Under the pieces are notes generated by a model. That model worked only from the letters and a program-made list of their open reading frames with translations, was not told where the DNA came from and made no database searches. From a virus (Duplodnaviria; Caudoviricetes): a stretch of DNA of 62,504 bases. A program made the translations under genes and the position numbers. This document shows, piece by piece, positions 36,701 through 44,530 of the stretch (positions are counted from its first letter, which is position 1; each line of letters starts with the position of its first letter). The stretch lies in the IMG/VR virus record IMGVR_UViG_3300021437_000019, positions 1 to 62,504 of that record; one strand, given 5' to 3'.

Positions 36701-37982
36701 CCACCTGGGCGTTGAGAGTTTCCGGCTTTTCGGGAACGGTCGCTTCACCGGCACCTACGGATGCGGGTGCACCGGGAAGTTGTGCCGGTTGAGGCGGTTG
36801 CTGTGGACGCTCAGGAACTTGCGGCGTGCGCTTCGCGGATACTTCCTGCCCTTCTGTCGCTTTCCGCGCCGCCTCAAATGTTTCTGCCTTGACCTGCTTC
36901 TCCGCGCCACCACCACGAACTGCGCCAACCGCTGCGGCACCACCAAGAGCGGCTTGCCCCAATCCTTCCAGAACCTTCGAAGCGTCTTTATCCTTCACGC
37001 CTTCGACGATGTTTCCGCCGCCCTGTGCGGCGAAGCCGCCCGCAGCGGCTTGTCCGGCAACCTTTCCAGCCGTCGCGGCTTTCTGCGCCTTTGCTGCCGC
37101 GATGATGGTCTCCTTCATCTTCGTTTCCACGTCAGCGAGCTCGGCACCCGTAGCTCCCGCTGCGCGCATCGCTTCATACTCTTGCGCTATCTTCGCCGCT
37201 CTGCCGCCAAACTGCCCGGCCTTCGAAAGCGCAACTGTCTCTCCAAGGCCGAGCGCGGAAACACCGAGCCCAATAGGAGACAAAAACATATCGTTAAGAG
37301 TTTTGACGGTATCGGCCGTCGCACCCGCAAAGAAGGCTTCGCCGCGTGTCTTGGGAATGTCGGGACGGTTCAGAAATTCGCTTGCAAGGTCGGTCAGTTC
37401 ACCGACATTCGAAGTGCGAACTCCAAGAGGGAATGGGTTGGTCGGTCCGGGTTCCGTAAAAGCGGGAAGTGGCATCTTGCGTGAGCCGGATTGGAGGTCA
37501 GTGGAGAATTGATCCTGGGCACGCTGCGCCTCTTCAATCCCCTCGGCGGTAGTCGGGCCCCCACGCTGCGCGCTGGCTCCAATCTCGGCGGGGTTCAATT
37601 TCCTTGTACGCTCGGTTTCAGCGGCAAGAGCTGCGCGCTCGGCCGCTTGCTGCTCCTCGACGGTTTGCGGAGTCTGAGAAGGATCGTAGTAGCGATTCGT
37701 GAACGGATTTAGCGGAATTTTTGTGGCATCAACAAAAGGAGGATTCTGCGGAGGGGGCAGCTTCGTCATCGGCTGTCCCATCTTCGCTGCGCGCGTGCTC
37801 AGTGGGGTTGTCTGTGTTTCGGGGGATTGTCCTGTGGCAAGTTCGTTCAGAGTTGGGGTGCGAAGGTTTGTTCCCGGCTTCGGCCCGCGGATCGCTGAAA
37901 GGATTGGGTCGTCTTCTTCCTCGTCAGCAACCGCAACTCCACCGCCGCCCTGAATCGCTTTCAGGATAGGGTCGTCTGCCAT
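27660..37982 (-). CDS. Giant DarB-like virion protein: N6-adenine methyltransferase + SNF2-like helicase + polyvalent-protein C-terminus
   Basis: ILEPSAGIGHF, ISNVPF, AHVVGAGKT, VDEAH, ATGTP, QREGRIIRQGN; position after the ejection genes. Confidence 0.9.
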   Translation of the reverse strand: MADDPILKAIQGGGGVAVADEEEDDPILSAIRGPKPGTNLRTPTLNELATGQSPETQTTPLSTRAAKMGQPMTKLPPPQNPPFVDATKIPLNPFTNRYYDPSQTPQTVEEQQAAERAALAAETERTRKLNPAEIGASAQRGGPTTAEGIEEAQRAQDQFSTDLQSGSRKMPLPAFTEPGPTNPFPLGVRTSNVGELTDLASEFLNRPDIPKTRGEAFFAGATADTVKTLNDMFLSPIGLGVSALGLGETVALSKAGQFGGRAAKIAQEYEAMRAAGATGAELADVETKMKETIIAAAKAQKAATAGKVAGQAAAGGFAAQGGGNIVEGVKDKDASKVLEGLGQAALGGAAAVGAVRGGGAEKQVKAETFEAARKATEGQEVSAKRTPQVPERPQQPPQPAQLPGAPASVGAGEATVPEKPETLNAQVDALAKGTNKVVYFPKGTQTIPAPPEDANVTIVKGDKPGAGTYYHDDSVTPADIRKAVKNGTYGELLGNVQTKEAAAQGQPAAVVARDARGTEQKASVVDTSKPEAVQAQAQKLADQFPGAQIGIETPENVVAGRQASIPKPETSATETPLSAETRPVQGLPNASAESGASLEAISRTRNEKASGVQRVRIDTRTGKETPLIGPEAVDAKAGPYDRIVSRQANGTETTLNEGAKALPTKGQPASKAAEEVHPAVGVHDLGEIGTESTSSDEILRAMDQHELEQKVASIEARAVAGDQIPVAELTEGHALMDKMEAVNAEPVRESAAGKPVLAKGEKPTAEAAEKSEAVKAKPAENRVAEVATAPANTSTKPAEVARTAEGAASESVKFRKGDRVSYTNSKGQKLTGKIQSVDAGRGEAIVDVDQQAVMRIPGRSGVVPIGRIEFVPLSHLTNEEPERTIQPEKEPANVQAIESMGGRGEEAPRKVPAENGEPVVASRQAGRLGAERGEPSGRGVGAQHPERNTPVRGTEGGEVEPLPVAERGGPAAPGGEPAVQSRSGQSGNDYRITETDHIGEGSIQEKYRLNVAAIRVLKELEASGRNATPDEQAKLVRYSGWGWTGNLLNKNHDKWRNERAELKKLLTEEEYDSAVRSTTNAHYTSPEVVTAMWDAVSRLGFRAGRILEPSAGIGHFLGLMPDDIFAGSKKTAIELDQTSGKILRQLYQNADVRIQRFQELKGLNDFYDLAISNVPFGNYPVNDPTYKGKKYLTESIHNYFIARMLDKVRPGGLAAIITSHHSLDAYDNRARQAFLDHADLIGAIRLPGGAFQKNAGTEVTTDMLFFRKRGTGEKPGGQNFVATKEMELPGGEAQVNEYFHDHPSMALGEHTLEGTMYGHGQNYELKAGKEPLPGLLKGAIEKLPEQVMGEHEAPASVTRAATVESIPDWGDTKPWGYKVQDGRVFQNRDGQMVHRAEFPKANVEPLKQMLGIRDVTRELFQAEGNGRPGKDLTAIRGRLNRAYDAFVKKHGYLNQPKNYRIVAEDPDAPLLLALEKWNAKERTASKADVFFKQTIAPRKEVTSVDNVADALPASLAEKGKIDFDYMSKISGRPEDEIRTELRAAGLAFQAPQGHWETKDEYLSGDVRAKLRDAEEAAKLDKDFTQNVEALKQVQPRDLEPGEISVRLGTPWIPEEDIANFIDEAILGHQRYGNRTTVRHIASEAIWKLENGQARYNEAAQTKWGTARMRPLEIIEGALNLKRPTVYDEAADGKRSVNEKETLAAREKLEQIEEEFSKWMFKDPDRAERLTKWYNENRNNIVDRNYDGSHLTLPGKSAGITMRPHQMNAIWRSVVGGNTLLAHVVGAGKTYTIIGSAMEKRRLGLAKKPMIVVPNHLVEQWGADFLRLYPQARILAASKEDFEAKNRKTIMSRIATGDWDAVIVPHASFGLLPVSIETLQRYAQKQLDMLEDHIRELKDERGQSNRRTVKELEKAKERIKVRMERAANRERKDNTINFEDTGVDALYVDEAHMYKNLFFSTKMGNINGIPKSDAQRAFDMYLKTKYISDLNNGANVAFATGTPISNTMAEIYTMMRYLDEGRLEAGNLSHFDSWAAAFGNTVQNMEVSPEDPTKFRVSTRFAKFMNVPELKRMFRQTADVIHPEDLEGIVKVPDVEGGKAKVIEVPASQRVLDYIQTLGERAKAIRRKEVDPTEDNMLKITSEGRKVALDYRSMVPGANDDGESKIAAAAKKVADIYHETRSTKRAQAVMLDLMTPSDAGKKRGQFNAYADLKNKLVGMGVPADQVAFIHDAKSDAAKQALFDAVNSGEKAVIIGSSDKMGVGTNIQERLLALHHVDAPWRPSDIEQREGRIIRQGNTNPTVQIYRYVTQGTFDAYMWSTIARKASFIKEMMQHGYDQRELEDVDGATLSYAEAAAIATGDKRVLEKVQTDADVDRLQKLKQIHEQSAITNRIRLAQIPERISGTEASRDAILQDIKTRDANKREEFQMTVGKKTYTDRKDAGAALNAAVEANRGSGRMKVGTFQGFDIEADGSGNPYLYGKSSHGFTVNHESPIGTIQSAERNIGNLETYAANREEDIKALRRDLEARKAELEKPFNKQAQLNKLLAKQKELNEALAVNKEDKTMAGAREGQEFDDNFKEIAPSHVVPGEGEGLSEIPRRIVNPENPEAGFGFNPLIELGHLIYRAFRALRGKRVPASGEPIPVGARVESSGVPRTAPDKRPVEHAGNIRLDKLNAPEDVLNEIRRAAKENAPEFNEQRRGSIPFNETRDMAKKLVEEGMFTEKDLKSMKAGTALNAEELQAARSMLIASAQKVREAAAKVRTNGNVDNVLAFQEALLRHDGIQKAVSGAVAEAGRALSQQRMVAKALEGKDQTAHERVLEALGGKELSEDAARRLAEIPEDDSVALNNFLRSQKHWTTAQKIEAYWIANVLSSPRTPIKKVLGDVSLGIVETARRFVDVPVDKIMAAIQGRKSETTLREALVAPLSYLSALPEGIRKASYIIMHGFDTGDPLTFELPRRYEFPGGIKNPLNVPGRALSAATKFFQVLAFQGEMHAQAVRQAASEGLKGEGLKNRAAELIQHPTEDMIDAAMKAGEFQTFTERPDVLSRILMSMRDKVALPKGIPLIGGLHPLRFVIPFVQIPYNLTKHSLRYSPFGFARLNDFEHAKSPEATKTISRALIGTAIVGLFAYFAAKKMLTGAAPNDPAGRDEFYRSGKQPYSIKIGNRWVSYKAAGPFALTAAAVAAWHDRNEKKNDMPATDQILAFGGAMGRALADESFLRGLKGGLDAMQDPERFSGRLVSSWLGGFVPMESALRTLGDALDPTVRNPQTMYERIAAGLPVLSKTVAPKLDTLGRPSTKEGSSGFAALFPGGFSKDEPKSAIDAELDRLNKLGLKNVGFAGKHLVVEGYKVALSIDEQDRYQKLRGAYLQSYLRQTFNAPEYKQMSDEDKIQASEDAIHQAERDARAQIGDQILAERLKKVRSAAIPRRPPGAAMTATP
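34877..35305 (-). CDS. Nested out-of-frame gene, TnpV-like helical protein
   Basis: AAGGAG 7 nt before ATG; WAVEAKKHLEKYRPKMASQLSQAGKLDDW..A.RE..YLLP. Confidence 0.7.
   Translation of the reverse strand: MSKQLSPWAVEAKKHLEKYRPKMASQLSQAGKLDDWAQNAANRAVEESARSIQNGIHPFEAQREAKLNHYLLPSEEDQPHLGESQPSSPDPASLVTTTGSPKPTTLAKAPFKKSTDSTSPPSAFSRNLKPPGATPHPTNKPN
35538..35550. promoter_or_regulatory. Palindrome copy (1 mismatch) inside the giant gene
   Basis: TCTAAACTTTACA followed by CTT; about 230 bp upstream of the nested gene. Confidence 0.5.
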
Positions 37983-37985
37983 GTC

Positions 37986-39443
37986 CTACTGTTCTTCGTC
38001 GTCTGTAACGGAACTTGCTGTTGGACTAAGACCTGCGGCTTTCGCGTCCTCCGGAGAGAGTGACAACCGTTTCTTGCCTTGCTTCGAACGGTCGCGGATA
38101 TGTTGGCGAATCTTCGGCAACATCGCCTGTAGGCGTTTCTGTGCATCCGGATCGCCCACCTGAAGGCCGTTCAGGAATTGAATGGCCTTGTCGGGATCGT
38201 TGCCGTTACGCTTTAGGGCTTCCGCCGCGTAGGTTTCAACCTGTGAATTTACCTCGTTCGTCTTATCTGTTCGATCTGCCGCGCGGTCGGGTACTGGCTG
38301 GCGCGTGTTGTCAGTCGAAGCAATTTTCTTTCCAAATGTCGGGCTGTTCGGATTCGTGTCGAGAATGTTATCCGTCTCGATACCGGCACCATTCCGACTG
38401 GCGCGCACCACCGCCTTTGGTGTGTTGTATCCCGGGGATCGGAGTGGAATGCTCGCAGCCACACCAGAAGGCGACTGGCTCGCCGTTCCGCTTCCCGGCG
38501 TTAACCCTCCCGGAGAACCCGGTATCTCGTCAAATGGCCCTGTCCGCGAAGTCACTCCCGTAATAGGATTTTTCATTCTCTGAAAATTCGGCCTGCTTGG
38601 ATTGTCGATGCCAAATGGCGGTCTGGTTGGCAGTGGAACCGCACCGGATGGAGAAATGCTCGACGGTAGTGGTACGGCACCAGAAGACCCGGAACCGCCG
38701 GGAAGCGGAACGGCCCCAGATGTTGTGGCGCCCGGTAATGTCAACAACCTTGTGGGTGCCTGGCCGTGCTTATCGTAAGTGACGATGCCCTGATCAGTAT
38801 TCGTCGCCGCGTAGTCGGCGTTGCTCTCTGGCTGGATTCCCTCGATCGGCTCGTACCGCAACGTGTGCGGGTTCAGAGTCATGTAAATTTCGTTGCCCTG
38901 CGGATCGTGCCCCTTGATCGCGTTTGGCACACGGCTAATCGGCGGCAACTGCATCTCGTGCAGCGTGCGGGCGTATTCGAGCAAGTTCTTGAATTGATCG
39001 TTCACTTGCTGACGCTGGAGCATCATCTTCTGCATCTGGAATGCACGCTGACGGTCATAGAAATCTTGCGCCGCGCCAAAACCGCCGCCGGGATGCCCCT
39101 TGCCGCCAGCGAGTCCAATCAAGCCGCCTTGCAAAGCTGGGCCAAGTACCCGCGCCAGCATCCCCCACTTCGTCAGTTTGCCGTTATCGTTGTCCGGATG
39201 TCCCGCTCCGGGTAACCCAAGATTTTGCATGAAGTCGCCAAATCCCGTAGTGCGCGTAACTGGAAGATTTACCGATGGGCGCGCGCCACCGGTCGCGTTC
39301 AGCGGATCAACACCTGGCGGAAGGGGGCTTGGTGCGCTGACGCCGTTGGCGTCCGTACTTGCTGGCGCTCCGAAATCAGACTGGTCCGTGCTCCCGCTGG
39401 CCTGTGTCAACGGCATTTGATCTGTCTGATGCGTGTGGCACAT
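37986..39443 (-). CDS. Putative ejection / internal virion protein
   Basis: AGGAG SD, MCHTHQ start, Gly/Pro/Gln-rich, SGAVPLP three times. Confidence 0.65.
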   Translation of the reverse strand: MCHTHQTDQMPLTQASGSTDQSDFGAPASTDANGVSAPSPLPPGVDPLNATGGARPSVNLPVTRTTGFGDFMQNLGLPGAGHPDNDNGKLTKWGMLARVLGPALQGGLIGLAGGKGHPGGGFGAAQDFYDRQRAFQMQKMMLQRQQVNDQFKNLLEYARTLHEMQLPPISRVPNAIKGHDPQGNEIYMTLNPHTLRYEPIEGIQPESNADYAATNTDQGIVTYDKHGQAPTRLLTLPGATTSGAVPLPGGSGSSGAVPLPSSISPSGAVPLPTRPPFGIDNPSRPNFQRMKNPITGVTSRTGPFDEIPGSPGGLTPGSGTASQSPSGVAASIPLRSPGYNTPKAVVRASRNGAGIETDNILDTNPNSPTFGKKIASTDNTRQPVPDRAADRTDKTNEVNSQVETYAAEALKRNGNDPDKAIQFLNGLQVGDPDAQKRLQAMLPKIRQHIRDRSKQGKKRLSLSPEDAKAAGLSPTASSVTDDEEQ

Positions 39444-39450
39444 GAAGCTC

Positions 39451-39972
39451 CTATACGGAGAAAAGTCCCGGATTCTGCACAAGTCCCTGTGCCAATCCAC
39501 CAACAAAGTTCCCGAACCCGCCGCTGTTCACCGGTGGCGCACTGAGCACTGAGCCCGCCGCGCCACTGCCTGCGGTAGCGTAACCCAAAGGATTCAGCAT
39601 GTTCGCGGCGTTTTCCTTTGCCGCCTCGTTTGCGCCAAGCGCGCCAACGATGTTGCTGTCAAAGCCCCGCGCCAAGTTTGCGTTGAAGTCTCCGACGACT
39701 CCTTCCTTAAATCCCGATGGAAGCGTATCGCCAAAACCGGACAAGCGGCGCAATAACGACGCCCGCTCCGGGGCCGCCGCGCGCGCCAGCGTGCCGTTGT
39801 TGAAATCAATCAGGTCGTTGAAATACGGCAGGCCGTTCTTCAACCGGTCCATCAAAAATGGGGTTTGCGCGTTATTCCGCTGCGTGTATCCGGCCGTCAG
39901 TGCCCGGTTCAAGTCGATCTGTGACTGCGCCGATTGCTTTTTTTCATCCGCAAGTGCATCGCCCCCACACAT
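39451..39972 (-). CDS. Putative ejection (DNA transfer) protein
   Basis: GGAGG SD, MCGGD start, Ala/Gly-rich helices. Confidence 0.65.
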   Translation of the reverse strand: MCGGDALADEKKQSAQSQIDLNRALTAGYTQRNNAQTPFLMDRLKNGLPYFNDLIDFNNGTLARAAAPERASLLRRLSGFGDTLPSGFKEGVVGDFNANLARGFDSNIVGALGANEAAKENAANMLNPLGYATAGSGAAGSVLSAPPVNSGGFGNFVGGLAQGLVQNPGLFSV

Positions 39973-39995
39973 GGAACCTCCGGCCGCATTTGCGG

Positions 39996-40430
39996 CTAAA
40001 CTTCCACTTCCCATCGGTTCGCTGGCTTCGCCCGAATTAGCCGTAAAAATCCACGCCAGAACCGTTCTTTCTCCGGTGCCACATGCACCATGATCCGCGT
40101 ACCGACGCCGAACTGATCCTGCAGAAACGCCGCGGCGCGCTTCATCAGCATGTCGCGCACGCCGCGCGCCAGTTCGCGGCCTTCTTCGTCGTCAGCGGAC
40201 GTCACATGGAAGGTCGGGCAATCCAGCATGAATCGCAGGATTGTCAGTCCGTGAACGGTGTAACCCTCGTCACTTTCGCTTACCACGGCCCATGCCTTCA
40301 GGTTCCCGTGCAGCGGAATCCGCCCGCCAAATTCGTTCTCGCAATACTTCTGGACTGCATCGAATAGGTGCGGATTCTTCGGGTTCGTCGAACCTTCGAA
40401 AAACTCGACAGGGAAGATTGCCCTTGTCAT
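39996..40430 (-). CDS. Hypothetical protein, possibly GNAT-like
   Basis: Alpha/beta pattern (GRELARGVRDMLMKRA; WRGFLRLI); lies between nozzle and ejection genes. Confidence 0.45.
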   Translation of the reverse strand: MTRAIFPVEFFEGSTNPKNPHLFDAVQKYCENEFGGRIPLHGNLKAWAVVSESDEGYTVHGLTILRFMLDCPTFHVTSADDEEGRELARGVRDMLMKRAAAFLQDQFGVGTRIMVHVAPEKERFWRGFLRLIRAKPANRWEVEV

Positions 40431-40927
40431 AACAGGATAATCCGGCCGCTTCCACCGCCTGTCGGTTCGGACGGGTATCCGGGCGGCGGCGGCGCCGCCG
40501 ATCCGCCGGTCCCGCCGGCCGTGCCAGCCACAACGTATTGATCGGTATTCGCCTTACCAATGATTTGTACCTTGCTGCTTTCCGCACCGCGCGTGCTGAC
40601 TGACGAAACGTATAAAGCGACCGAAGTGTTCGCTGGAACTTTGACCCTTGTCTGCCGCGCGGATGGATCCGTGATGTTCTGCACCAGGTTCGTTTCATTG
40701 TCACGGTACACACGCCAGCCAGCAATGTCGCTGCTACGAATCTGCGGCGCGTTCCACGTGATGAGTAGTTCCAGGCTTCCACCCTGCGCGATTAAATTGC
40801 GTGGCGGGAGCGGTCGTTTCTTTGCACCTGAAATCTTCAATAGCGTGGCGGAATTTTCTTGGAGCAGTCTTTGAAGTATCGGCATGGCCTGCTGATACGT
40901 TCCAGGCAATTGAAATTCGTTGTTCAT
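40427..40927 (-). CDS. Fibronectin type III-like virion protein
   Basis: PLPPRNL..ITWNAP..IAGWRVYR..VSSV..GAES. Confidence 0.65.
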   Translation of the reverse strand: MNNEFQLPGTYQQAMPILQRLLQENSATLLKISGAKKRPLPPRNLIAQGGSLELLITWNAPQIRSSDIAGWRVYRDNETNLVQNITDPSARQTRVKVPANTSVALYVSSVSTRGAESSKVQIIGKANTDQYVVAGTAGGTGGSAAPPPPGYPSEPTGGGSGRIILL

Positions 40928-42873
40928 CGCGCTTCCTGCCTGGCCGCACCAAGTTTCGGCATCACCATGTTGATTCGTCCGTAGGTCGCCACCGGGATTT
41001 CTTCGTTAGTCACCGTCAATGTCCCATCTGCCGGATGTGAGGTAAGCTGGACACGCCCGAATATCCAGCGTGCCTCGGTCCCAATCTTTGCGGCATATCG
41101 GTTATCGCTGGCGCTGATCTGGTCCGTATCAGCCACCGTCCAATCCGCGAGCGCAAGGTCGGTTTCCGCCGCGTAGGACCACTGTGCGAGGCCATCGCCC
41201 TGCCACTCGATCTCACTCACTAGCACGTTGTTGTTTCCAACGTTCAGCAGCGTGATGTAATCGCCCGTGTAGGTGGAACCGTTGTCCGAGTCACCATCTT
41301 CGAGTTGGTACACCTTCCCGTTGTCGGCGGCGCCCCACAGGCGCTCTCTCCCGTTCACGTCGCGCACATTCTGCCGCGGCGTGTAGCCCGTGCCAGCCAG
41401 CGTCTTCAGGGTTATGCCTGAATACGTTGCATCGTATGCCTGCCCGTGCGGACTGAGTTCGTCGCGCAGCAGGTAGTCGTGGACAACGACAATTGGATTG
41501 CCATTCGTGTCTTTACCGAACACGTACACGCAATCAATTTCCTTGATCGGGTCGCGCAGATAGGCCAGTTCCACCGTCGAAACGAACTGGTCGGCAATCT
41601 GATTGAGCAGCATTCGCTCATACTCGTTGCTGATCGGCGTCGGCCCGTAATAACCCGAATTCAGCAGCGTGTTGTAACCCTGGCCAAAGCTCATCAACTG
41701 CTTGTCGGTTGTGAACCACACGGGCCCGTACGGCGTTTCGATCCACGCGCGCTGCCCGGAACAGCCACCAACCCACGGTCCGCGCCACGGGTTTGCGCCC
41801 TGATCGCGCAATGCCTGCGACCAGATCGCCAGATAATTCTTACTGTGGAACCAGCCTTCCAGCCGATAGGTGTGCAGGCACGTCGGCACTTCCCCGGTCG
41901 GAAAAGGTTCGATGTTGTTCGCCGGCCACGCTTCCGGTGCCGAACCAACAAATTCTCCCACATTGAAAGCTGTGTCGTCTTCCGAGTAGTAGATGTTTAC
42001 ATCGCCATCTCGCGCGGCGAAGACCCGATTGCCAACCCTGGTAAACCTGTTCAGGCCGCTGATTGGCAAACCATTGCGGATCGGAAGTTCCTGGTTCGCG
42101 GCAATCGTCGGCGCGGTGAATGTCGCCACGGTTGCGGCATTTCCAACGATGATGCGGTTTCCGTTCGCATCCACCAACCAGTAAGGCACCTGACCGCCAT
42201 CGTTCGTGCGCCCGATGCCCTTCACCCACTCAGTATTTACACCCGCAAGGCTTGGCAGGCCGCTCACCACAAGCGAGTATCCGGCCGTCCCAACCGTGAA
42301 GGTCGAGCCGATCTGGACGCAATTGCCGACAGCGCCGGTGACCTGGTTGTAATACACCATCCAGAGGCCAAAGCCGCCCAAGACGGTAATTGCCCACGTT
42401 CCCGTTACGCCGTTCGTAAGGTTGTTTGTGACACCAGAGGATTCCGTGCTGTTTGGTGCCCGGATGCCCACCGGCCGCAGTGTCGTGCCGTCGTAGCTGT
42501 CGAAGTCCGTACCGTTCCCGATGAAGATGCGATTCGCGGCCCGGAAGTGTCCCCACGGGTTCCCACTCGCTAGCGCCGCGATGGTCGTGACCGCGCCGCC
42601 GTTTATGGCAACGCGCTTCAAATTCGCACCTTGGCCGAAAAGTGCGTACTGCGTTCCACCGTACTGCTCGTAATAGGCAATGGAATGAATCGCCGTCGTG
42701 TTATCGACGGCGCTCATCGCCGGCGCCGTGTAACCCCAGCGCAACTTCAGCCGGCCGGATTGATGCACCCGGAAATTCCGACACCGCTGGCTGCGCTTCG
42801 GCGGGAAATTGAGCGGATTGCTGCGACTGTCTACCCCGCCAAACTCGAAGTCATCGATCTTCTTGAGTGGCAT
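40924..42873 (-). CDS. Podovirus tail nozzle / DNA stabilisation protein
   Basis: FGGVD..N..G.LK.R.G N-terminus, propeller-like IYYS motifs, position after the adaptor. Confidence 0.75.
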   Translation of the reverse strand: MPLKKIDDFEFGGVDSRSNPLNFPPKRSQRCRNFRVHQSGRLKLRWGYTAPAMSAVDNTTAIHSIAYYEQYGGTQYALFGQGANLKRVAINGGAVTTIAALASGNPWGHFRAANRIFIGNGTDFDSYDGTTLRPVGIRAPNSTESSGVTNNLTNGVTGTWAITVLGGFGLWMVYYNQVTGAVGNCVQIGSTFTVGTAGYSLVVSGLPSLAGVNTEWVKGIGRTNDGGQVPYWLVDANGNRIIVGNAATVATFTAPTIAANQELPIRNGLPISGLNRFTRVGNRVFAARDGDVNIYYSEDDTAFNVGEFVGSAPEAWPANNIEPFPTGEVPTCLHTYRLEGWFHSKNYLAIWSQALRDQGANPWRGPWVGGCSGQRAWIETPYGPVWFTTDKQLMSFGQGYNTLLNSGYYGPTPISNEYERMLLNQIADQFVSTVELAYLRDPIKEIDCVYVFGKDTNGNPIVVVHDYLLRDELSPHGQAYDATYSGITLKTLAGTGYTPRQNVRDVNGRERLWGAADNGKVYQLEDGDSDNGSTYTGDYITLLNVGNNNVLVSEIEWQGDGLAQWSYAAETDLALADWTVADTDQISASDNRYAAKIGTEARWIFGRVQLTSHPADGTLTVTNEEIPVATYGRINMVMPKLGAARQEAR

Positions 42874-42876
42874 GAA

Positions 42877-43578
42877 TCAGCCGTGCGCCTGCACGGTGTT
42901 GACCGTCAACTCGTTCGCGCGAGCTTCCTGGGTCTTGCGTCCTGACCAGTGCGGTGTACGGGATGCCTTGAGGACGAAGTTCTCACGGTTCGCGCTCGCA
43001 ACGGCAAAGCGCGGGTCTTCCTGGCCGTAGAGAAACTCATACACGCGCTTCTCCAAACACGGCAGCATTCCCCAGTGAAGATAGGGCGGCAGAAGCGGGA
43101 TCGTATCCTGGGTGGGATCCGTCACCATCGGAATGGCCCAGTAGCCGTAGAGGATTTTTTGCGCGACGTTGGCGGGCGCCTGCAGAAAAAGTGTCCAGAT
43201 GGAGGTCTTGGGATCGATGAAATACGAGGCGGGAGTATCTTGTACGTTTTGCACCGTAGCGGCAAGAATTTGCTGAGGATCGAAGAGGGGGATAAGCTCG
43301 GCGGCAACTGTAACGCCGTCAGCGTTCAGGAGTATCATTTCGTCGAGTTCAACTAGGTCCGGGGAACTTCCACCGGCGGCAACGGACAGGTCGTAACTTT
43401 GCGTGTTGATGGCAGTGGTAAAACTCGACCGCTTCTTTCGCCACCAAAAATGCTGCTCGTTACAGAACTCGTCCAGCGCGAGAAAGAATTCCATGCGCAG
43501 ATCGATCAACTTGCTCGCGCGGTTCTCCGTGCGCCTGTTCACCTGCTCGACGATCTGTGTGACGCTCCAACCCGCCAT
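42877..43578 (-). CDS. Head-tail adaptor
   Basis: T.INTQSYDL, P.SYF, D.IPLLPPYLH; position in the module. Confidence 0.7.
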   Translation of the reverse strand: MAGWSVTQIVEQVNRRTENRASKLIDLRMEFFLALDEFCNEQHFWWRKKRSSFTTAINTQSYDLSVAAGGSSPDLVELDEMILLNADGVTVAAELIPLFDPQQILAATVQNVQDTPASYFIDPKTSIWTLFLQAPANVAQKILYGYWAIPMVTDPTQDTIPLLPPYLHWGMLPCLEKRVYEFLYGQEDPRFAVASANRENFVLKASRTPHWSGRKTQEARANELTVNTVQAHG

Positions 43579-43585
43579 GAGCTCC

Positions 43586-44527
43586 CTAACCGACTGCGAT
43601 TCCGACTTTGTTTTCTTGTTGTGCTACCGGCCAGCGCCCCTGCCGCTTTTCTTCTTCGACGTGGCCGCGATAATCCATAATCGAGAATCCGTAGTCCCCG
43701 ATGTGCCCGGGCAGCACTTGCGGATCGGCATAGATGCGAAAGCCGAGTTTCTTGGCTTTCCAGCAGAATCCCAAGTCCTCACCAAGCTCCCCCTGCTGGC
43801 TATCCACAATGTTGTCAAGAAACTGGAACCACCAACCATCGGCAAACTTCCAGTCGCCGCCTGGCGCGGTCGACCCAGCGAACAGATCGCGGCGGCGCTT
43901 CTCTTTCTTGTCCCAGTAGGCGTCGATGCACGCCCGCGAGCCACAACCATCGTCTGGTACTTTCCGCTTATCCTCTTCCCGCTCGAAGTAGCAACTTCGG
44001 TATGCTTCGCCCATTTTCTCGAGAACGCGCCGATGGACCAGCATGTACGCTGCGCCAGCGCCGTCAATCTCCATCAATTTGTTCGAGTCGAAGTCCCATT
44101 CCAGCGGGTCAACGTAGCCCTCTTTTTCCTTATTCCAGAAGCGGATATTCGGCACGGGCGGATCACGACGCACCGTCGCTATCCCGCAAACTATGTCGAG
44201 TTTGTAGGAAAGCAGCCGCGCAAGGTGCCCCGGCTGGCACAGCATGTCATCGTCCATCAGAAAGAAGTATTCCGGCTCCGGCCGGCCATCGGGCAATTGG
44301 TTCATGCCGTACATGGATACGGTCAACGTCTGATTCCTCGACCAGTGAACGACAGAGGCCCCTTTGACGCTCGGTGGGAAGCGGAGGCTATGCTTCCCTT
44401 TCTTGCATTTCCAGGGTGCGTGGTCGCCGCATTGGCATTGTGTCGCCTGAATCATCTGAATCAGCGACGCGCGGGATTCTTCCTTCATGCCGCGGTATGT
44501 CGGCACCACGATGTCACAAACGGCCAT
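43586..44527 (-). CDS. GT-A (family 2-like) glycosyltransferase
   Basis: IVVPTY, FLMDDDM, GAAYMLV.R.V, GEDLGFC..A. Confidence 0.88.
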   Translation of the reverse strand: MAVCDIVVPTYRGMKEESRASLIQMIQATQCQCGDHAPWKCKKGKHSLRFPPSVKGASVVHWSRNQTLTVSMYGMNQLPDGRPEPEYFFLMDDDMLCQPGHLARLLSYKLDIVCGIATVRRDPPVPNIRFWNKEKEGYVDPLEWDFDSNKLMEIDGAGAAYMLVHRRVLEKMGEAYRSCYFEREEDKRKVPDDGCGSRACIDAYWDKKEKRRRDLFAGSTAPGGDWKFADGWWFQFLDNIVDSQQGELGEDLGFCWKAKKLGFRIYADPQVLPGHIGDYGFSIMDYRGHVEEEKRQGRWPVAQQENKVGIAVG

Positions 44528-44530
44528 ACG

